Assembly: GCA_002189035.1 (NCBI GenBank) | Contig: NEEC01000013.1 | Coordinates: 682,001-746,000 of the forward strand | Direction of reading: 5' to 3' | From: Utricularia gibba | Taxonomy: Eukaryota > Plantae > Magnoliophyta | DNA: 64,000 nt | Shown: positions 38,250-51,400 of the stretch, one piece after another | How positions within the stretch are numbered: position 1 is the stretch's first letter | Layout: each line of letters starts with the position of its first letter | Program-made: the position numbers and the translations under genes | Notes under the pieces: model-generated | Seen by the model: the letters and a program-made list of their open reading frames with translations, nothing else | Told to the model about the DNA's origin: nothing | Databases searched by the model: none

Positions 38250-40350
38250 CTGTGTCCCTTCTTCTTCTTCTTCTTTTCTACTACTTCTCCGGCGTGCCCA
38301 AACTACCCCTCACGTTGACCATAGCATCTCTCTCTCTACTACCACTACTAACAACATAGTTTGAACATATGCTATTATTATCATCATTATTATTATTTTC
38401 CAAGTGTCGGAGGCGTGCACATTCCTACGCATAGGTCATGAATGGAGCCACCCTACGCTTCACACCCGTGGTTCTCCTTGGCTGCGAACAACCCGCCACC
38501 CATTTCCATTTTGGTGCGAGAACTGCAAGCGCACAAGGAACAAGACGAAGAAGAAGAAGAAGGTGGTTGAATGGCATGTGCAGGCACCCATTGTCACCAT
38601 CAGACGCTATGATGCTCTCGAGAATCTCTTTTCAGGAATGAGAATAAAAAAGGTTGCTCGATTGATTGACGGTGGGCAAGCACGCAGTAAATGCCCTTCC
38701 TGTGCAACACATCCTCATCCTCAACTTGGTTGCAGTGGCAAAGACTGGAATCCAAGGAGGTTAGTCACTCACTTAGAGCCCTCTTATATGAAAAAAAAAA
38801 ACGAAAATGGTTCATGAATGTATGCTACAAGAATAACGATATAATGAGAGGTACACAAGAGGAGGTGGTGGGGTGAAGGGTAAAGTGGTCCATCGAAATT
38901 ATTTGAATTTTGTTTGCGTGCAGCCCCAGCCCCAGGCCGGAGGTGAACTGGACTGAAAAGGTGATGGTGGGGGGTCCCGTGGCCACACCCAAGAGAAGAG
39001 ATAGACCACTATTTTTTTTTTTATTTTACTGCATGAATCCCATCCCATCCCATCCCATCCCTAGGAGGCTGTTTTATTTTTTAGTAACTCAGTCTCCATG
39101 GTTAGGCATCATTATTTTACATAGCGTCAATTATTTATGTCATCATTATAGAACAAGAGTAGCGCGAATGATCAATGATATTATATTGTTATTACCCACT
39201 TTGAATTATGGGGCTTTTTTATATATATTATTCGTGCGACAAGGGGTGTCATTTCTCACAAGGGTTTGATTTTGAAAGCATCGAAACGACGCATTTTGTT
39301 CCTGTGCGGCATCTTCGGGTCCAGCCAGGCCAGGCCAGGCCAGCCCACTCATATTATATTCATTTCATGAGACTAAATAATACAAGATTGTCCAAACATG
39401 GCCTCGGTGCTGAATAACAATCCACAAATGTTTTATTAAATTTAAGTATTTATTATTGTGAGAGGAAGTTATCCCACAGAGTATTTGTTAACCCCAATTA
39501 TATGTATACAATAGTAGTGGTGGAAATAAAGAATGTGTCGGTGCATATGCAACATCTATTCAAAGTTGTTGGCAATGTTCTAAATCCTTAAAAAAATCAT
39601 GACTGTTTATATAAATAATTGAATTTGAATTTCTAAAAAACACGTTGTTAGAATACTATACTATAAAAGGAGATGTTCCTTGTTATAATGAGCCATGAGT
39701 TTGACTTGAACTCGGTCAATCCCCAGTACTAGTAGTAGTAGTAGTAGTTTGGTTAGGCATGGCATGTGATGGCATGGATTGATGATCGAAGAGACGCAAT
39801 AAATGAATCATTATGTGGCAACACACACACACACACACACATCGCATCTAGCAATGAATGCCAAAAGGGCATTGTGTGGAAGTGGAACGGAACACCTCGG
39901 CCTCGGGTCCATCCGAAGATTGAACCCGACCCGCGCATGGCGGTTGCATCAAGGATCCGCATTCTCAATCTCAGAGGAGGCAAGGTATTCATTCATTCAA
40001 AAGCAGGTAAGGTAGCTCTAGCTCTAGCTCTAGCTCTAGCTCTAGCTGCGTGGTTTTGGTTTAATAAGAAGAAGAAGATGCCCTCCCTCCCTCCCTCCCT
40101 CCCTTCCTGTTGTGGTGTGGGGCTGCCCAGGCCAGGCCCGGCCCGGCCCGGGCTATCATTTCATTTCAATGTTCCTCAGCTTTTTTATAAACCAAATTCA
40201 CACTCCCTCTCTCTTTCTTTGGCTATGTATCAAATTCACCCTCCTCCTCTTGTTACATTGAAATTTGGGGAGTGACATCCATATCCGCCTCCACAAAAAA
40301 TCAAAAAAAAAAAAAAATCCTTTTCTTGGTTTGGTTTTCTTTTTTTTTTT
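38250..40350. repeat. Cluster of diverse microsatellites in the IRKI/WD40 divergent intergenic region
   Basis: (CATCC)4 39041-39060, GGCCA repeats ~39322-39340, AGT repeats ~39726-39747, (AC)10 39821-39840, (TAGCTC)5 40013-40042, (CCCT)5 ~40081, (GCCCG)3 ~40136, plus CTT, TC, AGA and A/T runs. Confidence 0.85.
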
Positions 40351-40675
40351 TTAGTTTGGGTTGTGGGGGGCTGCCCAATGGCCGCCATTGACCACGTAGC
40401 CCCTGCCGCGTTTTTTTGGTACCATTCTCATTTATGGGTCGGTTTCATTGCATTACTCATTACACCGGGTGTGAGGTGGGGACCACACTCACAGGAACAA
40501 ACTCGTCATTTCACACATCCATATTCCATAGGGTGGGGCGGATGGGATGAAGAAACTAACAGCGGCCCAATGGCGTCGTCCTTGCGGTCGGGAAAGCCCA
40601 AACTGCTGTGAAATGGCGGGAACAGAAAATGCGTCTCTTTCGCAGGTTCCGGGGGCGTGATCTCCACTGGCCTTC

Positions 40676-43600
40676 ATGGAGAAGTTTTTGGTGCCTGTGG
40701 ATCCGCCTGCGGGGAGACCGAAATTGGGTAAAAGGTAATGTACGAAAAACCTACGGCTCCGACTGTTGGTGGTGGCATGAGGAGTTTTTTTGGCGCTAAC
40801 ACTTGAGAGTCCAGGCTTCCTTGGAGGCGGTCGCTCGTTGAATTGGGTGGGAAATTTGATAGCAAGCACCGGCATTGTGATTCCAGTCTCCTGATTCAGT
40901 CGTATTCTGAGGTATCTCTTGGATCACTATCGGAATCAGTAAAACAGAATTTGTGATTTGTCTTCTTTGGTGCAGATTGGGAAACTTCCTCATAACTATC
41001 ATGTCAATGGTGAACCTTGCCGCACCCATGTACGGGTTGTTTAGCTATTTCTGGTTTGTTGTCTTCTGTGGAAACGTTTTGTCTCTGAAGAAGAGTGTCC
41101 TTGGTAGGTTGATATGTTTGTCAGTGCTGGATCAGAGTTTGGTGCCATTGAAACCAGAAGGTCGGCTGTCTCTAGTGTTACGAACCATGATTCTCTATCA
41201 TTTGGGGCGTGTTCTATGAAAATCATTTTCGTAGAATAAGCCCTGTTTATTTCGTTTGTATCTCAATGTATTTATGACTTCCTTTTCTTTTTATCCTAGA
41301 CATGGTATCACCTCTCTGGATTTTGATTCCAAGGTACTTAAAGGATGATCAATTCCGTATGTAATCGCCAGCACTATTTTCTAACTGATGCTAAAGTTTA
41401 TTTTGGTGTTCCAGTAGGGAGTGTACTTGGCTTCGGCGACTAAATCTGGTTGCTTGACAGTTCATGACTTCGATAACATGCAAAGTATAGGTAACAACTC
41501 GTGTTAAATTGATGCTAACATCATCCGTTTCCATTCTAAATATATTTTCCGAGTGGTCACAAGTTTATGGCAGTTGTATTTGTGCATTTCTGACGAGGTG
41601 CTTGGGCATGTGAGGACTAAAGAGAGTAAAAGTTTTCTTTCTTTTAATGTGCACTTTTTGTTTTCTAGATTACAAAGAAAATGAAACAAAACAATTGCTG
41701 CACATTTCCACATGTCAGCAACTTGATGTAGTGCGATGGAACCATGCTAACCAGGATGAGGTATGAAATTGCAGAGACCATTTTTACCAACACCGGTGTT
41801 GCTTGTACCAATATTTTGTGCAAAACTTGTTTCTGATTTATCGTGTAAGGTTTTTTTTTTTTTCATGCATGCTTTATTCATTTGCTTATTATCTATTGCC
41901 TTTTTTTTATTCTTATTTCACTTTCCTTATGTTTCTAACAGATTGCATGCACTTCAATGAGAAGGAGCGAAGTTCATGTTTTTGATATTGGATATATCTC
42001 GGATGAACCATTTGAAGTGAGCTCTATAGGTTTTTCATTATTTTTTTTCATTTTAAATGATTATGATGCTTTTGATTGAAGTTACCTCTAAATGCCCAAG
42101 TTAAAGTCACACAACCATAATTTATTGTTCTGAATAGTTTTTTTGTTTATCTTCCGGTGAAGGTATTGAAGAAAAGATCAAACATTACCGTTCATGGGTT
42201 CAGTGCCCACAAAGGCTTCTCTGACATTGCTTTCTTCAAAGGCAATAATTCAAGGTAATGTCTGAGTTTTGTTATGTTATCCCTAGCTTTTCTTTTTTAA
42301 TTTTTTTTCCTCATCCGGTCCTTTACCTATGTAGGTTTTTTATTTCTATTTTAATGGGTAATGATGATAAATTGAAAATATTGCATATTCAATTTGGACC
42401 GCTTCATTTAGAAAATATCAAAGGAGTTTAGAAGACTGGCATATTATTTTGAGGGATTCATTTAAATAATAAGTATTGCCAATTTCTATGGTTAGACTCC
42501 AGAGATAGTAATTTAGAGCACTACTGCATTTTGCAAGTGGCATGTTTGATGGTGTCATATTCTCTGTGTGCATATTTAGGTTGCTGGCATCTGACACTGA
42601 TGGTGTAATCAATATATGGGATAGAAGAGCCAGTCATCTCCCATGCTTGGAACTTACGACAAGTGCTCCTGCTGCCCTGAATAGTATAAGCATAAATTGG
42701 GACAATGAGGTCAGTTTTTATTCACGTTTTTTTTTTCTCGTTCAAATAAAGTCAATGAAAATGCCTATTCAATTTCTTTAACTCTCATGTGCCAAATAGA
42801 TTGTCTATGGAGCCAACAAACTGGGAGCTATTTTTATGTGGGATCTGCGTGGCGGAAGGTCCTACACAACTTTTGGAAGTTGTAAAGAGGTGCATCACCG
42901 GTTTCAATCTTAAAGATGAACTGAAAGATAATCTCGACTTTCCACAAAACTTTGCATTCTTGTCCATAATGATTGCGTGGGTAAATGTTTTTAAAAAAGT
43001 AATCAAAAATTCATTATAATCCTATTAAAATTGAAGGCAGCCTTTTACGATGTAGTTTTTCTTAATTATTAAATTTTTCTGTCTGTAAGTTTTAGTTTTT
43101 TTTTTCAGGAAAAAATCTCTCCTTTTATGATAGTTAAGGTAGAAGTCGAGCTGGAGAAAATACAATCACTAAAGGTGTGGTTTCTGTTCTGTACGACTTC
43201 CCTCTTCATGCCAGCGTCTAACTTAACATTTTAATTTCCAGAATAAACGGTAGTCAGATGATTGTGCCTTCAAGATTCTGTTGTCTGTTTTGTGATATCT
43301 GCATGTTCTTTGCAGGCTCAGTCAAATATTATTTCAAAGGAGATACACTCAATTGATTTTGATCCTTCCTGCCCATACCAGTTAGCATTTCACCTAGATG
43401 ATGGATGGTATTTAGGGTCGCAATTCAATCTTCCATTGATTGATTCATGAACCTCCATCAGAACATATTCTCCTTATCCAGGTCAGGTATCCTAAACACA
43501 AATAAGTGCGAAGTCACACACTTACATTGCCCACCTCCTCCATGGCTGTAAGTCCATTCTATCTCATCTGTTTTTTTTTTAAGTCCATTCAATCTCATCT

Positions 43601-44400
43601 GAAACCATCGAGACTAATGCCAGATTGGCTCGCTAACTTCCTTTTGCTTCGAACTAGGGATAAGCAGAATGATTTATCCAGCATCTCCTACTTAAAAAAA
43701 CCCTGTTGGCTTCCACTTAACTCCGTAAGTCACAGAACTAACTGTTTCATTTATTTTTGGCGAGACTCCATAACTGAATAGAAAATGAGAAAAATTGTCA
43801 TTACCATGCCTTTAATGATGTATTCTTAGCAAACACAGATGGCGGCACGCTTATTAATCCCTACGCAACGATTGCTATCAATTTCTGAATGTCAGCAAGT
43901 ATATGTTCCTATTTTGATACATCAATAGGGTGGATATCTTATTACTGCCTGCCTGCCTGCAGATTTATGTGGCTGGGTCATCATCCAGCAATGGCCTTTA
44001 TCTTTTGGACTTCTATCCTGCAAGAAGCTCCCCCTGTCATGTGGATCGAAGGTAACAATCTTTTTGAAAAAAAATAAAAACTTCTTGTTGGTTTTGCCTT
44101 GTGGTGTAAGCATCAGTCTCCTGAATCCAAAAAGTAATGTTGTTAACAGCGATGACACCGAGGGCGATAAAAGAGAAACAACCCCCACAACCGGAACAGC
44201 TATTTGGCTTTGTCAGAAGGCGTGACTGCCTGTGCTGCTCATCCCCTGAATGCAACCATTGTTGCTGGAACCAGAGTAAGAGTTGCTTTGTTTCTCTTTT
44301 TGCTTCCGTATAGGTGTTTAGGTAACTGAGGTCTGCGAAATTTGGCGTTTTCCAGCTGTCGTCTATGCTCGTCATCTCCCAACCAAAGGTTCCATCCTGA
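40676..44400 (+). CDS. WD40-repeat (transducin-like) protein, 18 exons, with an apparent 1-nt frameshift in exon 17
   Basis: Exons 40676-40734, 40815-40911, 40976-41029, 41108-41160, 41300-41333, 41418-41490, 41669-41760, 41942-42016, 42163-42254, 42580-42709, 42800-42889, 43109-43174, 43316-43407, 43482-43547, 43658-43724, 43963-44051, 44150-44275, 44356-44400. All GT-AG with consistent phases except exon 17. Motifs HGITSLDFDSK|GVYLAS, VVRWNHANQDE, GVINIWDRR, FMWDLRGG, DPSCPYQLAFHLDDGW, TACAAHP. Confidence 0.85.
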
Positions 44401-44679
44401 GACCATTTTATCAACTTGAACGGGCATCTTTGCAGCGACGCCTTGGAGCTTGCAGTTAATAATCGGTAGCACGATCTCCCTTAACCCTATAAACCGCTTT
44501 TTTAGCGGATAAACCCAATTTTGGTTTATAATTCGTAATGTTTTTTATTAGTAAATTTTTGCAAAAAAAAAATATTTTTTTGGTAAACAACAACAATCTC
44601 CCTCGTGTCGAAACAAAAAAGCAATCGCCCTCGTCTCCTTCATAGACATCAAACCATCCAATTGGCGCATAATTTAAAC

Positions 44680-46372
44680 TCACACCCAATTGCTGGTGTC
44701 ACCAAGCTGCAAATCATGGAATCTGAAGGAGACATCCCCTGCCGACGTATCGCTGCTACCCAATTCTGCCGGGGTTGAGGTGCCGGCTCCGAGGTGGGCG
44801 GCGGAGGGCAAGTTGAGAAACTTGTCCCACAGGAACAAGTGGAGAACAAACGGAACCCTCGCACGGCGGTGGAGGGAAAGCTTCTGGCTGATGGATGTGG
44901 TGTCGAAACACCGAATCGCACCCGCCGGAGACACCATCCACGGCAGCACCTTCTCCTTGGCGATTCGGGAAACGACTAGAAGCTTCCCAGCCTTGCTAGC
45001 CATCTCGTGAAGATGCGTCAGCCCCGATCGCACCGCCGGTACCTCCGCGTCGTCGTGAATCGCCGAGCTTATGTAAATGAACCCCTGCGACGGTATCGAA
45101 TTCTACCTGGAGAGCCATCGATGGTGGTAGAAACTAGGGTTTAAGGGAGACGTACCTCGGAGTTTCTCCTTATGGTGAAGCCGAGTTTGGTATCGGATTC
45201 GTTGATGGTGACTTGGATGGGAATCTCCCCTGCGAGCGGGAGAACCACATACGAACAGCTCTCACGACTCCCACGTCTACGCCATGGTAATCCTCGAAGC
45301 CATAGAGGCTCGTGTTGGCCAGATTCGACAGCTCCGACAGGGATCCCGCGTGCACCGTTGAAGACGCCGTCTCTCCCGATATCTATAAATCACTCCACAA
45401 GCGTTAGCACACATTTTTGGCATTCGTACAATAAACATTAAATAACGAATATATAAATTTATGAGTGAGAATTGTGATGGACGACGAACCTTGGTGAGAA
45501 GAGATTCGGTCTGAATACTCATGAAGCGGACGGGGACACCGGAATCAAGTGTCGCGGCAATCCAGGCGTGCGCGCGCGCAATCGTGTCCTCGAGATCGGA
45601 ATACCGTGCCCCACCTTTATCCGACGCCTTAGGAAGGAAGAGAATCGAGAAGAAGACACTCGAATTCGGAATGCGCAGCATTTCATTCATCCGTCTCTCC
45701 CACGGGTACGGCATGAATCCATCCTGAAGCTGAGACGTCGCCAGCTCACTCACCATTCTCTCGTTTCTTGAAGCTGCAACAACGATGAATACGATCGACC
45801 CCAAAACTCGTCATTGCTCTTGTGACGCATTTTCACGGAACAAAAACAAGTGCGAAAATGTGCAGAAGCAGGGGAGTAGGGCTTTTCTTCGGCAAGTTGA
45901 AAAGTCAAGAGGGCAGATATGTGAACAGCGAGCAATTCGCACTGACCTTGCAAAGTCAAGCACTCTGACTCCGTCCGATCGCTGAATCCGATTTCGTAAT
46001 TCGGATCGTCGATCGCGCGAAGAATATACCGGTTTTGGCGCTCGCCAGGGACGATACAGGCACTCAATTCCGCGAATCTGCCGCCGGCACGGCGAACGCG
46101 TACCTGAATTGAAGTATCCTCATGACTGTAGGAAGACCGGAGGATCTTCTGGACGCCGCTTCTTCCGCCTTTGAAAGGCGAACTCAGAATCACACCTCCG
46201 ATCCGTATTTCATCAACGATATCCCGGTTTGGAGCATGTCGCCCGTTCGCTGATCGGAGTGGGAGCTCCATTTCAAGCACTCGACCGAGAGCACGGATCT
46301 ATCCCGCCGTGGAGAAGAGGCGGAGGAGAGCTCCGAGGAGCTGGCCTCGAAGGAGGATCGCTCGGAGGCCAT
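44680..46372 (-). CDS. Conserved plant protein of unknown function, 4 exons, with an apparent 1-nt frameshift in exon 1
   Basis: Exons 46372-45947, 45773-45490, 45382-45156, 45084-44680. Motifs TGDMLQTG/DIVDEIRIGG, YPWERRM, SIQTESLLTK|ISGETAS, SNLANTSLYGFEDYHGVDVGVVRAVRMWF, GFIYISS, VLPWMVS..GAIRCFDT.SISQKLSLHR, C-terminal SFRFHD..NWV. Confidence 0.85.
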
Positions 46373-48436
46373 TCGCGGAAGTGGGAGGGGATAGCTTGCT
46401 GGACCGATGCCAGAATTAGTCAAGGTTTAATTATCTTTAAAATACCGAATGGAGCCTATGCGCATTAATTAATTATTAACCAATTCGAAATGTTTGCGAC
46501 CAATCGGCAATAGCTTTTTATAGATTCAAAGATATCATCGTACTTTGCTTTATCAAGGAAAAGGTAAAAAAAAATAAAAATAATAAAAGCATATCCCAAT
46601 TCTGCAATTAGTGCCGAATTTTCAAAATAATTAAAATATCTCCAGAAATCCTTTTTTGCCATCTAGTACCTGATTGCTTTGAAAGCATTCCATATTTGTA
46701 CTTATGTATCTCTTACTCATTATGTGCCCGATTTTGTAAATTGAAGGATTTAAAACACTACCCTTTGTTATGAAAATGAAATCATACAATTATTAATTTA
46801 TTTTTTGTATAAATAATATATTTGAAAACAAATATGAGGCAATTTAAAATTGTTATAGTTCAGAAATTCATGTGATAAAAAAAATGCATTTTTAGTATAA
46901 TGGTCAGTTATGAAAAATAGGATATTTACACATAATATGACGAAATGATATTTTAGTAGCATTTACGTATTTTTATTTTTCGAATCATCACATCATGTGT
47001 TTTTTTTCATATAATATTAAATATTATAAAAATGAATTAATGTCTAGTGATTGGATTTTGCACATAAAAAGTTAAAGTAACAAAAAGATCATCTGTGTTA
47101 GGAATTATTTATTTGATATTTTTATAATAGATAAAAATGGTAAAACTAAAAAAAGAAATAGAAGGATTGAAATATTGAGTTTAACGGAACTACCCAAATG
47201 GGTAAAAACTCAATCAAACAAAGGTTCAACATACAATAAATTGGTTTGTTTTAAATCAATTAGATTACTCCAATGTTTTGTATGTCCCGCATGTGTAAGT
47301 AAATCTCGAGACTGACTTTTGCGATATAAATATTGGAGATATTATGTTTAATAATGATATTCATGTTATTTAAATAACATCATTTCTGGTCTTTTCTAGT
47401 GATATTTTTGTTACACTTAATTCTAACTCCTAAATCTCATATTTTTTTTATTTCCAATTGACACCTTCATTCTTAAATCCTTTGATCCCATTTGAGATTT
47501 TCATCACTTATCTTTTCGGGATTTATGGTTATAAGATATACTTAAGAAAAAAAATATATGGAAAAAGAATCAATGTTTAAATTAATTATCTAAATGAATA
47601 CAATAAAATATTATTATATATGAGAACTGTTTTACCTAAAATACTTAGCAACAAAGCACACATAGCATGATCCAAATAATAATAGTATTAAAAAATAAAA
47701 AAAATTAAGAAAATAAATGGGTCAAGGACGTTTATAATAATTGAGAGATAAGTTTTTTTTTATAAGGTGGAAATCAAATTTTAGATTTGGGTTTTGAATA
47801 AGATAGTAATAATCTATAATATCATTATCTTCTAGAATATGTGGAAATTTTGTCATATTTAATCCAAACAAACTTGAATATTCTATAATAGCCCGTAATT
47901 TATTGGACCGTATTTCTCTTCAAATTAAGTGAAAAAAATTCTAAATTTTTTTTCATAAAATATATTTTTTAAATAATATTAAATTAATATCAAAGATACA
48001 AAATGAGTAGAAATTAATAAAAAAGTAAGACATAAGGTAGAAAAAGCAATACTACAGAATGATGAGAAATTATGTTTTACAACGATATAAAATCATTTAT
48101 CATTCCATAATACTAACTCGAGTATTTTTACTAGCAAATTATAAAATTTTAGCAAAGGAACCCCAGTTTTGAGTCAGTGACATCATTTGGACATTGGAGC
48201 ACTTCCTAGTCATACTTCTGTACATATCCATTTTGAATTCTCACCTTAAAATCATAATGGATAAAAAAATTCTATTTTAAAATAAATCAGTACAAAATAG
48301 AAGATAATTCACAAATATGTAGATAAAAAAATACCACTTCTGATTTTTTCTTCTTTTGAAAACGGAAAATATCTTCTTTGGTTCCTTCCCCGTGCTGAGC
48401 TCTCGCGTTATCGGCGAGAGGATTGAATCGAAGAAG

Positions 48437-51400
48437 ATGGCTTCTTCCATGGACATCTCTAACTTACTCGCCTTCCGCAAGCTTCGTGCATTGCACTCCG
48501 TTCTTCTTCCTCCATCGATTCCCACTACAATCGCCTTCCCGCGTTGCTGCCACCGTGGGCTTCACTGCAGAAGGCGCACTTGGAGGTTTCCATCAGCCGG
48601 TTTTAGTGATGATAAAGTAGGATTCTTGACGTCGGAGATGATGGAAATTGAAGAGTATGAAATGGGGATTGAAGACCAAGAAAATTCGTCTGACGAGGAA
48701 AATGAGACCCCTGATGTGGAAGAATTTGAACTTGAGGCTAAGCGTGCAGCAAAGGAGTTCTCTGATTCCGTGACGCGAGAACTGAAAATTGGTTAGGATC
48801 AACTAAACATCAACCTTTTTGGATTAGGGTAGCATACTTTAGCGGTGGTATCATGATAAGCGACGGTTCTTGTTTCATGGCGGGAGCTGAATCCCTTGTA
48901 AACCCTTCATTACGATGTTGAAGTCAAACACTGCTGCATAAAAATTTTTACTTGATATATATTTTGGATACTGATTTCAGAAGATGAGGCTCCCATTCAC
49001 AAAAGAACTCGAGGAAGGCAGAAGAAAGCAAGTAGTTCTCGTAATGTTAGTGCCCTTCTTCCTTTTAGTTCATTTCTTACTATGCATTTGGCTCTAAACC
49101 TAGCGCAGCATTTGTATGGGAGAAAAAATAAATAAATTAGAGTTCCACTGTCTTGTATCAACGCCAGCAACATAAACTCGCAGGTTCCTGATAATCTTCT
49201 TCCCAAAGTTGCAATAATTGGAAGACCAAATGTTGGCAAATCGGCACTGTTTAATCGCCTGGTTGGGGTATGCATCATTTAATTTCAAATTCTTGTATCT
49301 TGTGCTATATTTGATGTAAAAGATTGACCTTCTAACTTGCTTGCTTTCAGGGAAATAAAGCCATTGTTGTTGATGAACCTGGTGTCACACGGGATCGTTT
49401 GTATGGTAGATCATTTTGGGGAGATTATGAGTTTATGGTAGTGGATACTGGAGGCGTGCTGACTATCGCAAAGTCCCAGGATGATGTTAAGCAAGACTTA
49501 GCGATATCAACAACTGTCGGCATGGAGGGGATACCTCTAGCCTTGCGAGAGGCAGCTGTCGCTAGGATGCCAACTCTCATCGAGAAACAGGCTGCCATTG
49601 CTGTGGAAGAGTCGTTGGTTATCATATTTGTTGTTGATGGGCAGGTATAGTTTTTCCAGTACCCTGAATTCAGTGCATCTACTTCGCAATTTTCTTTATC
49701 ACCAATCTTCTGCCACGAATTCGTAGTAATGGGAACGATAAACAGGCAGGTCTAACGGCAGCGGATATTGAAATTGGCCATTGGTTAAGGAGGAACTACT
49801 CAGACAAGTGCGTGCTTCTTGCTGTTAACAAATGTGAATCCCCGTCTAAAGGGATCACTCAAGCGTCAGAGTTCTGGTCACTGGGGTGAGCTGTAACTTC
49901 TTTCAATTTCTTTTTGGTTTTCAGGAGTTGCATGCTGGAACCTATGTACTTTTTGGCAAAAGGGGGTCAAGCTTTTTTTTTTTTTTTTTTTTCTTCAAGA
50001 ACATATACCACAGGATGGAATAAAGAAAGGCTTTCATTTCCATTATAGCTGTCAACATTAAACATACTTCATTTGTTATATAGTCTTTTTTCTCTTCTGC
50101 TAGGTATTCACCTCTTCCAGTATCTGCTATATCTGGGAGTGGAACCGGGGAGCTTCTTGATTCTGTTTGCTCACACTTGCAGAGAGTTGAGGTTAACCCT
50201 CTTACGGAACCTTAATATATACTTGATTTTTTATTCTACACAAAGCATAGGGGATATCCTTTGCACTCAGATATGTTTGTCCCGCGCTTTATTTCCATTT
50301 TCACACTTGTTTCCCCTATCACCAATAGATGATTCATACTTATACTCGTATTCAACCCAAAATCTAATTTGAGGGGGACTTAATAGGAAGCTGAATATGG
50401 CTCTACTCATAGTGATTCTCGCGTGACAAAATCTGTTCACCTTGCATTACCCATGAAACAAAGAATGGACTTATTTAATTACTTTTTCTATCCGTTACAG
50501 TTTTCAATGACTCATGCCAGGCATTTGCATGAATTTCAATTTACAAGTGGGATGGAGGAACAGATCCTCTATTTTAAGTTTTAATCTAGTAATGTTAAGG
50601 CTTTTAACTTCTGGATGCCATCCATATTCGTGAAAATGAAGCAAATGTTTTAAGTTTTAAGTTTTAAGTTTTAAGTTGCATTCTTTCTGTTTATGATTTC
50701 TCACAGGATACAGGCACCCCTGAAGAAGAGGAGAATGCTCCAGCTATTGCACTAGTTGGTCGACCAAATGTTGGTAAAAGCAGCATTTTGAATGCTTTGA
50801 TAGGGGAAGATAGGATGATTGTCAGTCCAGTAAGTGGAACCACCCGTGATGCGATTGATACAGAGTTCACTGGATTTGATGGCCAGGTTGGTGTAACTCA
50901 GAATTATTGTAATATAGATTTTGCAAGTTTATGCATCTGATAATCATCGTCTGCTTGCTGGGAAGCTATGCTAACTGACTCTTCACAGAAATTCCGTATC
51001 ATAGATACTGCTGGTATTAGGAAAAAATCGACTGTAGCATCATCTGGCAGTACAACTGAAGCCCTATCTGTCAGTCAGGCATTTCGTGCAATTCGTCGCT
51101 CTGATGTTGTGGCTCTCATCATTGAGGCTATGTCTTGCATAACTGAACAGGTAACAACATCCTTGTTAATGTGATATCTGGGGTAAGGTTATCACCATGG
51201 AATATACAAATTAATTGTTTTACTGTGTTCAGAAGCTTAGATCTGTCCTATGACGTAGTCTTCACCATTGATTTTCAAGTCATGATGTGTTTATTCGTCA
51301 GTAAAGTACTGAATATGCACAAAATGATGAAGGATTATGTTTGATTGTAATGAAATCTTGTTGGGTTCTTCTTTACTTCGTTTCCCTTCTTCTCCAAAGG

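Noticed and set aside
39766-40275. 169-aa ORF in the IRKI/WD40 intergenic region
   Set aside because: Built largely from microsatellites (THTHTH, ALALAL, PSLPPSL); no recognisable domain.
48850-48895. C/D-box-like motifs (ATGATA...CTGA) in Der intron 1
   Set aside because: Too short (~40 nt), imperfect C box and no evident guide sequence.
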